From the NCBI RefSeq assembly GCF_009914755.1, contig NC_060930.1: a DNA stretch of 64,000 nucleotides. One strand, written 5' to 3'. Position 1 is the stretch's first letter, and every line of letters starts with the position of its first letter. A program made the translations under genes and the position numbers. Shown one piece after another: positions 42,225 through 58,359 of the stretch. The DNA comes from the human T2T-CHM13v2.0 reference genome, Homo sapiens. The notes under the pieces were generated by a model, which saw only the letters and a program-made list of their open reading frames with translations, was not told where the DNA came from and ran no database searches.

Positions 42225-43025
42225 AGCCATATACTGTATGATTCCATTTATATGAAATATCTAGAATAGGCAAATCTATAGAGATGGAGGCAGTGGTTGA
42301 CTAGGGCTGTGGGTGGGGGTAATAGGGAATGATTTGGATACAAGGTTTCTTTTGGGTATGATGAAAATGTTTTAAAATGAGACTGTAGTGATGGCGGTAC
42401 AACTCTGAATATATTAATGCTACTGAATTGAACACTTTACAATGGTGAATTATATTGTATGTGAGTTACTTAATACAGCTGTTCAAAAAAATTAAATATG
42501 TCCAATCACTCCTCCAAAGGTAACAATTTTATGAAAAAAATACTGTATGTGATAATAGAGGCAAGTAGGAGTTCAATAAAAGGTAAAAACACATTTCTGC
42601 TTTAATATAGAATACAGGGCATTTTTTTCACATTTTGCAACTATTGATATTTTTGATTGGAAACAATTCTTTGAACTATCCCAGATATTTTACTATCTAT
42701 GTGTGGCACATATTATTTTAATTCACACAAGCTCTAAAGAGTTCAGTGACTTAAAAGTCAATATTAGTAACTTTATGGTTGACAGTGACCTTTCACATGA
42801 AAATACATTTTGGAGATGACATGGATTTATCCATCACCGAGAGAAGACTTTCCTCTACTTTGTGGCAACTACTTATAATTTCTACTTTGACAGTGTAAGG
42901 GGGAAACACAGAAAGTTTCTAGTACTCCTAAATGTAGAAACATAAAATCCAAATAGCGCTTTGAGAGAAAAAAGGAAAGATACAGTGTCATCAATGTCCA
43001 TCATATGTCTTGTCTGCAAGCTGAC

Positions 43026-43767
<742 letters not shown>

Positions 43768-44232
43768 TCAGTATAGCATGTAAGCAGCAGCAGCAGAGGG
43801 GTGGAGCTGTATGGAAGTGTTATATAACTCCAATTCCCATGTATATTTTGCTCTGTAACTCATCCAGTTACAGAAGTGTATCATTAGTAGAAGCCGCCCC
43901 TTTTATCTAATAGTATCCACACATTCAAAACAAGAACTCTATCTAAATCTATTACCATCCCCTTGGAACAGAATGAAAATAACTGCAGGGTGAGTGGGAC
44001 TCAATGGCAAGTGAGAGACAATCAGGTCACCCAGGGATGAGGAGCCCATGCTATCCTTTTTGTCTATGTTCCACTCAGAAGCAATGATGCAGGGGCTTCT
44101 GGAATCCCAAAACCTGTTAGAAAGTTCAACGTCTGAAAGGCGAATCACAGGCTTATATGTCTGTGTGTTTGTGTGTCTACATACACACACACACATACAT
44201 GTAAGTACATGTATGTATGTGTATATACACAT

Positions 44233-44273
<41 letters not shown>

Positions 44274-46018
44274 CACTTATACATATATTATTTTTTTTCT
44301 TTGAGATAGGGTCTTGCTCTGTCGCCCAGGCTGGAGAGCAGTGGTACAATCCTGGCTCACTGCAGCCTTGATCTCCCAGGATCAAGTGATCCTCTCACCT
44401 CAGCCCCCTCAAGTAGCTGAGACCACAGGTGTGCACCACTACACCTGGCTAATTTTTAAATTTTTTTGTAGAGATGGGGTCTGGCTATGTTGCCCAGGTT
44501 GGTCTCGAACACCTGGGCTCAAGTGATCCTCCCACCTCAGCCTCCCAAAGTGTTGGGATTACAGGCATGAGCCACTGAGCCTGGCCAGGCTTACATATTT
44601 TTATGAATTATTTTATTCCCAGGGAACTTAAAAATATAAAAAAACCACTAAGTATTGATCCTGCTAATACTGTCTTCTCAAGCTGGAGGCCAGCGGGCAG
44701 CCTGTTGGCCTCACAGGAATCCAGAACAAGGGAACAGCTGTTTGCCAATGTTAGTGGCAAAATAAGTTATTCCAGGAATCTTTCTGATTCTACTAAAGCA
44801 CAGCTCCTAAAGTTGGATATAGTAAGGAGGCTCTTAATCTTTAAATCTCTCACCATAAGTTCTTAGGCAGGGGTGGGAGGGCCTAACTGGAGAGGAAGTA
44901 AGTCTTAAGCTAGGAGATGACATTTATAAAAGGACAGTCATGTTTTAAGATAGAATTTTTTTTAAAAAAATCTATCAATCATAATGAAGAACTAAGGATA
45001 AAAAAAGTAAAAGAAAGTTGGGAGGGTCAAAAGCAAAATAAAAGCCACTCCAATAAATATAATCAGTGAGAAAAAACCGAGTTATAATCCAACTTTTTTT
45101 TTTTTCTTTTCTGCACCTTCACCTAACCTGCACCGTTTCCCCTGAAACTCTGACCATTAGATTTCTTTCCTTAGGAGTGGATATGATGTACATATTATCT
45201 GTATTGCATAGGATGGATTTCAAATATTATTTTACTTATTAGTCCAATAATCAGTTCTAAGATCATATATATAATACTTATTAAACTTTATTGGAGTTAT
45301 TTGTGTAGCTATTTCTCTGCTTTTCTATTTAGATTGTGATTACCTTGAAGGCAGACGGTGTAATTTGCCATACACATTCCTCCATGCAATTACTGTGCTT
45401 GGTTTATGACTGAAAGCACTCAGTAAATATCTGCAGCGTTAATCTGAATCTAGATTCAGTGAAGACCAAAACATGGACCTCTGTTTAAAAAGGACTAATT
45501 CAATGATGGTTTTGGGATACATCGAGTGCTACTTGCTAACAGAACACTGGTTTTCCTGGAAGCAATGTGCTGGGCTAAAAACTCTATTTTCCAAAGTCCT
45601 CTCTGCAGCTTCGGGTAGCCATTAAACACAGTTCTGGCCAAGGAGATGTAGGTAAACATTACTGGGTGGGGCTTCCAAGAAAACTGTTGTTCTTCTGATA
45701 AAAGAAGGTACAAATTCAGCTGACAGAAGCCTGTGGTTTTTTGCCCTTCCTCCTTTTTCCTTCTTCCAGTTTGTACCACAGATATGGATACGATGTTTGG
45801 AATGATAGAGCTATCCTGAGATCATGAAGATGACATGAACACACATTAAAGTTAGTAGAGCTGTGTGCATTTCTGAGGTGCTGTACCAGCCTCTGGACTT
45901 CCTGTTAAATGAGAAAAATTAACTCACGTCATTGTCAGTGTAGCTGGTTTCTGTTGCTTAGAGCAGAATGCAATCCCTGGCTTTGAAATAATTAGTTGAG
46001 GCTGGGCACAGTGGCTCA

Positions 46019-46378
<360 letters not shown>

Positions 46379-47198
46379 TCACTCTTAACAGTAAAGCAGA
46401 AATGGAAAAGAATATGGATGGCAAATTATGAGTAAAGGACAGTACCATCACATGACAGGAGAGCAAAGAAAATGGTAATAGCTACAGTATCAGCCTCATT
46501 TCCTTTCAAATTGTTTTCCAGTGGTTAATGCCAATCATTAAACTCAATGTTCATCAACCGTTGTGGTAGAACAATAGAGTACATACTGACATTTCTGAAA
46601 ATGTTAGTGTATACTTTAAAATGTTACTGTATACTTTATTGTTCTAGGGATCTTAACATATGTTGAACCTAGAATTCTGTCATCAAGTAAGTTTAGGGAA
46701 CAACAAGCCAAAGTTTTACAGGATTTATTACTGCAGGACGTCTCCGAGCTTTTAGCACTGTGAATCTCCAAAGAAAGGTTTTATAATTATTCTTTCTCAA
46801 AATAACTTGTCCAAGGATTTGTTTCTTCTCAAAGCCATTTGAGGAACTAATGTTAGACAAAAATGCTTTAGGAAACCTTGGGTAACCCTATCAAATTCTT
46901 CCAACGATGTGGCTACTGTGTCCCAAGGAGCAGAGTTTTGCTGTCCTTGATGGGTCTCTCACATTAAATGCAAAGATGTCTATCCAGGTTTTTAATTCAC
47001 ATGTATGGACTCCGTAATGTACAAGTCATAAATTAAGAAGGACACCCACCCTTGAGTAATGGACAGAAGTAAGCCATTTTATTTTTCTCCCTCAATACAA
47101 ATTCATGTTTTGTTATTCAGGAAATACCTCTTTAGAGTGGGACTCTAAATGAACCAGAATCATGGGAAGTACTCAAGAAGAAAAAAAGGAAGACTGAG

Positions 47199-47555
47199 TG
47201 TATTAGTCCATTTTCATGCTGCTGATAAAGACACACCCAAGACTGGGTAATTTTTAAAGAAAAAGAGGTTTAATGGACTCACAGTTCCACGTGGCTGGGG
47301 AGGCCTCACAATCATGACAGAAGGCAAAAGGCACATCGGTGGCAGGCAAGAGAGAGAATGGGAACCAAGGAAAAGGGATTTCCCCTTATAAAACCATCGG
47401 ATCTCGTGAGACTTATTCACGACCATGAGAACAGCATGAGGGAAACCGCTCCCATGATTCAATTAACTTCCATTGAGTCCCTCCCACAACACGTGGTAAT
47501 TATGGAAGCTACAATTCAAGATGAGATTTTGGTGGGACACAGCCATACCATATCA
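47199..47555 (-). mobile_element. THE1-type MaLR solo LTR
   Basis: TGTATTAGTCCATTTTCATGCTGCTGATAAAGAC...CCATATCA; 357 bp; flanks CTGAG/CCAAG. Confidence 0.85.
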
Positions 47556-50024
47556 CCAAGTCACATGAAATACTAGAAATACCATGCTTACAAGTTACTC
47601 TATTATAACAAATTATACTGATACAATCCCAGAAGTAACATATATGAATTTCTATAGAACAAGTGTTCAATAGAACCCACTTTTGGAGATGTTAGCTTAT
47701 TGATAAGATGTTAGCTTATTAACCACAGGAATTGAAATAGGAATGAGACTGGGAACGATACCCATTAGATAAACATTGTTTGCATTTAGTGACTAGCCAT
47801 TACTGAATAAAATGGAACCATTTTCAGTGTCTGGGGGTATTAGAGAGTGCTCTATGATCCAAATGTGTTCTCAGCAAAGCTGAAGCAGCCAGACTGCAAT
47901 TACAAGGAAAAGGCTTCCTCATTCCACCTTCACTAGACAGGTGGAGCAGCAGATTGGCTTTTCAAATGTATTCCCCTGTGAAGATGGTCCACAGATGACC
48001 TATACCTCCTAAGCTCTGAACACTCCCTGGCAGTAGGCCACGCAGTGTCTTAATTCTTTAATGAAAGGAGTAACATGTGCTTAAAGGTCTTAAGAGCTTC
48101 AGGAGACATGAAGTTCCTAAATCCACAGCCCATTAAGCAGACACTGACGTTTGTGTGAAGTCCCTGACAGGCCTGCTTAAGAGGATTATTAATGCTCCAT
48201 CCAAAGAAACGTTAAGTGGGAGGACGAGAGAAAGCTTAAGAACATGTCAGAGATTTCTTTAGTTTTGGAACTCAACCTTTTTTTTTTTTTTTTTTTTTTT
48301 TCTGAGACAGCCTCCTGAGTAGCTGGGATTACAGGCGCCCACTACCATGCCGGGCTGATTTTTGTATTTTTAGTAAAGACAGGGTTTCACCATGTTGGTT
48401 AGCTTGGTCTTAAACTCCTGACTTCAAGCGAGCCACCTGCCTCAGCCTCCCAAAATGCTGGGACTACAGGGGTGAGCCACTGCACCCGGCCAAGGCATAC
48501 TAAATGTTTGCTGGGATTTTATTTATGTTATTCAACGTCTCTAAGCATCAGTCCTTTCCTCATCTTTAAAAAGAGATAAAAATACATGTTATGAGACTCT
48601 CAGAGTGTATGAAAATGCTCTGAAAAGTATAAAGAACTCTTAAAAAGGAAGATCATATCTCATAAACTAGTAAGGAATACACACATCCATTTGTGAAAGA
48701 GACAGTATGTAAATAAGACGAGGCCAGAAGCAGTGGCTCACACCTATAACCCTAGCACTTTGGGAGGCCAAGATGGGAAAATTGCTTGAGGCCAAGAGTT
48801 TAAGAGCAGTCTGGTCAACATAGCGAGACCCCATTTCTTTAAAAAAAAAAAAAAAAAAAAAAGGGAAGGAAGAAAAGAGGTAAGATGTTGAGAGAATTCC
48901 ATTCAATTCAACCAGTCATTATGAAAAAAGAGCCAGTTACTAAATGATCTAAATCATGTAATCACCAAGCCTTGGGGTAATCCAGTAAGGGACACTACAT
49001 AAACTCACATCCAAAATTAAGGGGGCACTATTTACATTTACTCTGGGACAAAAGTATCATCTAGATGCTGCCTGGCAAACAGAATGCACAGCCATCCCCA
49101 CAAGTGTAGCCACAGTGGCTGAGCCTGGGCTCGGAGACCAATTGACGGCAACCATTTCCAAAATCCACACTTAGAACTTGGTGACCTGGGAGACATCATT
49201 AAACTTGCTCTGTCTTGGTTTTCTCATCTGTAAAATGGGGATAACGGACCCATGCCTTGATGCTGATGTGACATTGCATATGGAGCATTCAGAATAGTGC
49301 CTGGCATTAGCAAGAGCTCAATAAAGTTAGTGGTCATTCCACATCTACGCCAGTCATACACACACACACACTCTAAATTCCAACAAGTCTACAGACTTTC
49401 TAGTGTGATCCCACAAGCCCCACCGGCAGGCATGGCCCAGCACTTGCAAATGAATCTCCACGAGGCGTGGCAATCTTTTCTTTGAAACCTGCTCCTTCAC
49501 ACTCCCATTTCTGCCTCCCCATCCTGGTTTCTGAACTCATTTTGGCATGCAGGGCTGCAGTGCCAGTCTGGAATCTTGCAATGCCTTGTCAGGAAATACA
49601 GCAAAATCCTTTGTTATCAGAGCAGGAGACAGAATGACTGGATGATTAACTTCCTATAGTAGTGGTCTTTCCCTGTGAGTACGGCTGTGTCCATCTGATA
49701 GAGGGGCCACTATTTTACTTCTAATTTTTAAACTTTTGTATATGAAAATAATAATGTGTTAACATCATCTTAAATGCAAGCTGTGCAAACATGTTCCTGA
49801 ATACATTTCCTCTTGTCACATTCTGTCCTAAACGAAACCCTAAGTTATTACAGCTCAACAGAAAAAGATTACAAGTACACACTAAACTACTTTCTGTTGA
49901 ACTTGGAATCATGATAATGGTTATCCTGATTATAAAAAACAACAGCTATAACAGTTAATTTTTATTCACTGCATACTAAGTGCTAGGCATTTTTCTAAGC
50001 ACATTATGGTCATTTTATCCCTAA

Positions 50025-50364
<340 letters not shown>

Positions 50365-51175
50365 TGACACACAATTGTGCATATTTATGGGGTAAAGTGT
50401 GATATTTTGATACATGTATACAATGTATAATGATCAATTTAGGGTAATTAGCATATCCATCACCTCAAACACTTATCATTTTTTTGTGTTGGGAACACTG
50501 AAAATCCACTTTCCTAGCTATTTGAAAATATACAACATACTGTCAATTACAGTCACCCTACAGTGCTACGGAAAACTAGAACTTATTCCTCCAATTTAGC
50601 TGTAATTTTGTATCCATTAACCAACCTCTCGTTATTCCCCCTGGCCTCCCCTTTCCAGCCCCTAGTAACCACTATTCTACTTTCTACTTCCATGAGATCA
50701 ACTTTTTTAGCTTCCACATATGTCAGAATATGGTATTTGTGCCATTTTTGAGCAAGCTGCACCATGCAGTTTTATTTAATTAAAACTCGTACATCTTTTT
50801 TTTTTTTTTTTTTTTTTTTGAGACAGAGTCTCGCTCTGTTGCCTAGGCTGGAGTACAGGGGAGCAATCTCGGCTCACTGCAAGCTTTACCTCCCAGATTC
50901 AAGTAATTCTCACCCCTTGGCCTCCTGAGTAGCTGGGATTACAGACGTGTGCCACCATGCCCAGCTAATTTTTGTGTTTTAGTAGAGAGGGGGTAGAGAT
51001 GGGTACAAACGGGGTAGAGACCAGGTAGAGAAGGGGTTTTGTCACGTTGCCCAGGCTAGTCTTGAACTCCTTGCCTCAAGTGATCCACTCACCTTGGCCT
51101 TCCAAAATGCTGGAATTATAGTTGTGAGCCACCGTACCTAAACAAAATCCTTATACATCCTTTTTTTTCCTTTGA

Positions 51176-51541
<366 letters not shown>

Positions 51542-51612
51542 TGACCCTCATAATGCAACAAATCCCCTCCAGAAGGAAATCACCCAGGCTGTTCTGGGAC
51601 CAGCCACCTTAC

Positions 51613-51725
51613 TTGTTAATGTTGCTGCCTTCTTTCAGTCGCTCTCCTGCAGCTCCTGTTTTAGATACTCTTTCGCTACCCGCCAGGTCTACCAAGCTGA
51701 CCTTACTGACTTTCTCCCCGGAATT
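51613..51725 (-). CDS. KIF13A: KIF13A exon (~9), 113 nt, [37 protein letters not shown](K) (switch II)
   Basis: Acceptor actag, donor CAA|gtaagg; DLAGSE motif. Confidence 0.96.
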
Positions 51726-52558
51726 CTAGTTATAGGAAACGAGAGAGAGAAGAAAAACTTATCAATAAAAACCACATGGATATCTACATATATGTTAGCA
51801 CTATAATTGAGCAATCCATCCCACTCTCATATGGCAAATTTCTTAAGTTTTTAAACGGTCAGAAGAGTTATTTGAACCAGCAATTAATTTCATAGTTAAC
51901 ATTTAAATAGGCGTAGAAATGTAGCATTTTGTTTTGCAGCTGGGTAGCAAGTACACCCAGCTTTCTGGAATACAGTCAGAAAGCTGGAGATTTAAAATGC
52001 CTATGAGGAGATATGAGGACATGAGGATTTCTGCACATTCAGGTCAAATCCTTCTTCCTTTGAAAAAAGGTTTAGGCTAAAGGTTGTGGTGTCCTCTTTA
52101 ATATCCCTCAATGGCTATGAAGCTGACATGTTTCCATGGGAATTTCGGCATGAAAGGATATATATTAAAAGCTGTATGGTGATGTCATCACACTTGTTAG
52201 GGACTTTGCACAAGAAATACAATTATTTTTCTTTTTTGTTTTTGTAGAGTCTGGGTGTTGCTATATTGTACAAGATGGTCATGAACTTCTGCCCTCAAGC
52301 AATCCTCCCGCCTCAGACTCCCAAAATGCTGGAATTACAGGCAGGAGCCACTGCACCAGGCCAAAATCCAATTTTTTAAAAAGTCAAATATAAAGAAAGA
52401 CCTAACAAATTAAATGATAAGCAAAGTAGCTCACCTAGTAAGCAGAAGAGCCAACATACAATTCTCAGCCACTGAACCCAACCATGAAAGACTTTACCTA
52501 TATGGACACTTTCAGTTCTTCCACCCCCACTCCAAAAAGGTTCTGCCTAATCCCTTAC

Positions 52559-52693
52559 CCCAGACTGCAGGTCATAAAGTGTCTGTGTGATTATGATGTT
52601 GAACACAGCATGGGAGCGGCTGCTTTCTTCGTTCATGTTGGTAGCAGCTACCGTTCGAGACTTATTTCCCTCAGACATCAATGACTCAATATC
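52559..52693 (-). CDS. KIF13A: KIF13A exon (~8), 135 nt, [31 protein letters not shown]...LQSG (switch I)
   Basis: Acceptor cccctag, donor GGG|gtaagg; NEESSRSH switch I. Confidence 0.96.
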
Positions 52694-54190
52694 CTAGGGG
52701 CAAAGCATAAGGAAAAGACCATAAGCAAAAACACAAGAATGTAGTCCTGCACACCAGGTATATGTATTAATTATGATTCCTCTGATGCCTTTGTCACCAC
52801 CCTTCCATAGAAACCTCCCTGCCGCTCCTCCATTGAGCATGGTTTGAGCTTCCACCTCACTCAAGACTTTGTAATGTATGAAATGTTTCCCTAATTCTTT
52901 CCATTTCCCAATTGTCTTCTTTCTCAGTTGAGTCCCTATTTTCTCCTTTTTGGGTTCCTGGGATAGCTAATATTTATTGAGCACTCCGATAATCAATAAT
53001 AGCAGTGACTTGATTTAACTCTTACTCTCCTGTGCTTACCAACCCGCTGATGCCTGCCTGTCTGCCTCCCTCCTCCAATACTGTGGCTCCCTGATGGCAG
53101 GGTTTTTTCCTTATTCCACTTTGTACACTTGCTCCTAGAATGCCTAGAGCCTATGGGATCTTATGAAATATTTGCTAAATGAACTTTATTTTCTTGCTTT
53201 TACATACAAGGATGCTGAAGTTCGTGGAGGTCAAGCAACTTTCCCCAAATCCAGTAAGAGGTAGAGCTGGGATGCAAATAGAGCACCCTGGCTCCTACTA
53301 GTAAGTGACAGGATAACATCAACACTTACCTCAACCACACTGAGCTAAGAACCAGGGACCTCAGTGAAGGAGCTGAGTTAGCACCTTTAGACCAAAAAAG
53401 TATCCATTCATTTCAGAATCGAAACCTTTTTAAAATGATCACTGTGCTCTATTTCCGATTAGAGCAATTCTATATATACCTTGATTTAAATGGCTGGAGA
53501 GAATCACTGCACAGATTAGTTTTAGCCATACTAAGTCTGGGGTGATAATGGGCCAGCCACATCCCACAAACAGCACAAAGTAAGTGCAGGGATTTGCTTG
53601 TTTCTCTGTGCATTCACTCATTCATTCACATCCTTTAGCAACAGAGATAGCAGTTTGTGTTATGAGATTTCCAAAGCAATCACTATAGAAATAGAAGCAG
53701 AATCTTGAGTCAGATCTTAACAAGGCATATAAGTCAAAGAGTAAATAAAGTAAAACAGGCCGGTCAATGGCAAGAGGAGTGATTCAGAAAAACAGGAGAG
53801 CCAGAAGTGACAGAAACCAAGGCAGGAGACCCTGCCAAAAAGAAAGGGCTGTACTAACTGCCAAATACTGTTTAGAATACCACATGTCTAGAAGGATGTC
53901 ACTGGCATCATTGGGAGAACAGTTTTAACAGAGTAGTATTAGTGAAAATATGCAGCAACCTGAAAACACTGGGCCTCCCGGCCATACTGTAAAACCTTCA
54001 CAACAAAGCAGCTTGAAGAGTGTGATTAAAAGCCCTTTTCCTCTCTGTTTGCGGTGTGCTGATACTGGGTTTCTGAGGCCCTGAGTAGTATCATTCTGCT
54101 ATAAAGCATCCACATAAAATATACTCAGTATCACTTACATACTTTGATTTATAGTCAGCTTTTAATCACATTTTAAAAAAAATGACTTAC

Positions 54191-54278
54191 CTCAAAACTA
54201 GTGACAGCTAGTTGAGATAAACCATCTACATATGGTCCCAAAACTTTATGTTCTCGAACTTTAAGAGACTGTCTACTC
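54191..54278 (-). CDS. KIF13A: KIF13A exon (~7), 88 nt, SRQSLKVREHKVLGPYVDGLSQLAVTSFE
   Basis: Read by hand; acceptor cccgcag, donor GAG|gtaagt; kinesin LKVREH..GPYV.GL motif. Confidence 0.95.
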
Positions 54279-56278
54279 CTGCGGGAGGGAGGAAAAAGGA
54301 ATAAATGAATCACACCAAAGCTGGAAGCTTTTCTTTCTCTTTAAGTACACAGTAACTAAGATAACAATTTCAAAAGAATTTTTAAATGACTCCTCCCCCC
54401 AACAAATCTAAAAGCTACTTTATTTGGATTAGCAAAACAATGTTTAACATGAGAAATGTGTTTTATGCTCTGATTTCTATTTAAAGTATGTTACTATTTT
54501 AAACATTCTATCTCTAGTCACAAACCTTCCTGGGTTAGGCTGTCAGTTATACTTTGGGGAGGATTGGGGGAAAAAGGGAACCAAAAAACATGCCAGATCA
54601 AATTAACCTTTCGGCTATTTCATAAATAAGCATATTCTCAGCAGATAATGTCTTAAAATGGTATTTATTTTTTGAGACAGGGTCTCACTCTGTCGCCCAG
54701 GCTAGAGTGCAGTAGCATGACCCCGGCTTACTATAGCCTCAACCTCCCGCCCAGGTGATTCTCCTACCTCAGTCACCCACGCAGCTGGGACTACAGGCCC
54801 ATGCCACTATGCCTGGCTAGTTTTTATATTTTTTGTAGAGATGTGGCTTCACTATTCTGCCCAAGCTGGTCCTGAATTTCTAGGCTCAAGCAATCCTCCA
54901 GCCTCAGCCTCCCAAAATGCTGGGATTGCAGATGTGAGCCACCACCGCCCAGTCAAAATTTTTGAATTACTAGTAGACAGTATTAAAACATTTAAACTCT
55001 ACTTCAAGTCTGCATTGGTTTATGCTACTTCTATGCTTACACTATTTTATACAGAAAGTGAGATTATAGTACAGAGTTTGTTTATAATTACTGACGTTTG
55101 TACTATATTTAGAATTGGTTCTGCTAATGAAAATTTTAAAGCTCTTTTGAATTTTTAAATGATAAACCTGGTTTGGAACCCATTTCAACAGTTTATCAAA
55201 AGACAATGGAGATTAAAAGCAAAGCTATGTATATACTGACCATATTGTGCACACCATCTTTTTCAGGGCATCACATATTAATCATCTTTCAAATTAAGAG
55301 TCATTGCTTAGCATCACCAATATATGGGAAAAAGGAGCTAAGAAGCATCACTGAATGCATCCCAAAGTCCTGGCATTGTTCCCTGAAGCACTTTTCAGTT
55401 ATGCCGTTTCATTTCATAACATCCCTACAAAGTAGGCTTTACCACCTTTATTTTAAAGACGAAGAATTCAATGTGACAGTGAGCTACTTAGATGCACACG
55501 ATCCAGTACACAGCTTACTCTGCTTGCCAGAGATTCTATAATGCTATTCAGCAGCAAGAAAAAGCAAACCTAGCATTATACCAAGTGCCTGTGATGGTGT
55601 CCAGTATCTGAAATTCTTGTACACTGCTGGTGGGGGTGGAAATTGGTACAACCACTTTGGATAACAGTTTGCGCAATTAAATAAAATTGGAGATTCAGTA
55701 TTTTGTGACTTACAATTCCACCCCTAGATGTGTTACCTAGAAACTCCTGCACCTACCTATACAGCAGGAAACCTGTATAACAATGCTTTCAGAGCAGCAC
55801 TCTATTGATAAAAGCAGGAACCACACAAAAGACAGAGAAAGTGATGAATTATTGATGTAACCATGCAATGAAATGCTAAGACAACAGTAAAAATGTATTA
55901 GCACTTCATATATAAGAATAAATGAATCACGGTGGGGGGAACAAATCACCAAAGAACACATATATTATGATGTCATACAAAGTTAAAAATTATGCAAAAT
56001 TATTTGTAAATGCTAAAGAAGAGGAAGAGAATGCTAAACACAAAATTCACAATAGTAGTTACCTTGGGGAGGGGTAGAAAATGGATCCAAGGGGAACGTA
56101 TAGTGAGCTTCACAATTATTGGTCATGTTCCATTTATTTATTTATTTATTTATTTAATTTTAGCTAGAGTACTTTTGACTAAGTCATGTTCCATTTATTA
56201 AGCCAATGTAGGTAGGCAGTTGTTTTTATTACTCTTTATGCCTTACAGGTGTTATAAATGTTATTTTGTATGCATTAA

Positions 56279-56674
<396 letters not shown>

Positions 56675-56772
56675 TAGTGATTATTTTTGAATGGTGAGAT
56701 TATAGGTCATTTTTATTTCTTCTTACACCTTACCTATTTTTCAAATTTTCCATAAATAGATACTAGTTTTAA

Positions 56773-57099
<327 letters not shown>

Positions 57100-57673
57100 T
57101 AATTGAGAAAAAGTAAATGGCCCCCCTTCCTCTATGAATCAGATAAATATATTTTTAAATCACCTAGTTAAAAAAAATATAGATCCCTGGGTTTCACCCT
57201 GGGTCTACTGAATACAGTCTCTATGGGTGGACATCAGGCAAGTGGATGCTTAAAACGTTCCCCACATGATTCCAATGCACAGCCAGGGAAGGGCATTGCT
57301 TGCCTTGGCTGGGATGTTTCAATCCTTCAACCCTTTTACCCTTAACACATTAGTGCCACTTTCCAATGTAAATGGAAGAACTAATGTGTTATTCCTAACT
57401 CAATTTTTGTGAATAGTTCATGGTGGCAAAAAAAAATACCAATAGTAAAAACATCTTTTCAAAGGGCATACATAGGCAACTTTATACATTAATGTAGGAT
57501 AAACACTGGGTATACCAAAAGGCTTTGAGAAGCTGATGATTTTTCTGTAAATGAATGAAAACCAGTGTAGTCACCAAGAGCTTAAATACGTATATTCACT
57601 TCCAATTTTAACTTTAGAATCATTTAAAATTATCTCCCCCTATTAACACACTTAATCTTGACCACTAACTTAC

Positions 57674-57854
57674 CCTTTGGGGTCTAAAAGATCCCGAACT
57701 TTCTCATTATAAATTTCCATATAGGACACTTCAACTTTAAAGGTCTGTGACTCATTTTGCTCCAAAGAGATCCTTTTAAATAAAGCACAGCAGAGCCTTG
57801 GAATAAGGCCCAGCTGCTCAGCATGGCCCATCATGGAAAAGGATTTTCCCGAAC
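57674..57854 (-). CDS. KIF13A: KIF13A exon (~6), 181 nt, GSGKSFSMMG...VRDLLDPKG
   Basis: Within ORF 57670..58026; acceptor ctccag, donor AAGG|gtaagt; second half of the P-loop and the YMEIYNEKVRDLL motif. Confidence 0.96.
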
Positions 57855-58266
57855 CTGGAGAACAGCAAGCAAAAAGAAGAACAGGTAGAGGAGGGAGCAA
57901 AATGCAATGCTTCAACCATACAAGGTTTCCCCATATACTGGCCATGGTAACATAGCAGAAGAGTGGCCAACTTAGCCTCAAACCCTGTTGCTCAGGCTGG
58001 AGTGCAGTGGTGTGATCATGGCTCACTACAGTCTCAAACTCCTGGGCTCAAGCCATCCTCCCACCTCAGTCTCCCAAGAAGCTGGGACTACAGGTGTGCC
58101 ACCACGCTGGGCTAATGTTTTTAGTTTTTATAAAGACGGGTCTTACTATGTTGCCCAGGCTGGTCTCAAACTCCTGGGCTCAGGAGATCCTCCCACCCCA
58201 GCCTCACCAAGTCCTGGGATTATAGGCATGATCCCCCACATCTGGTCTATAAAAGCAACTTCTTAC

Positions 58267-58359
58267 CTGTCTGTCCATATGCAAAAATACACGCATTATA
58301 CCCCTGAAAGGCTTTTTCAAGAATTCCTTCCCCAAGGCACTTGAAAACCACTTCTTGAC
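58267..58359 (-). CDS. KIF13A: KIF13A exon (~5), 93 nt, motor domain, (G)[30 protein letters not shown]
   Basis: Read by hand (not in ORF track); acceptor ttttttag, donor ACAG|gtaaga; first half of the P-loop. Confidence 0.95.
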
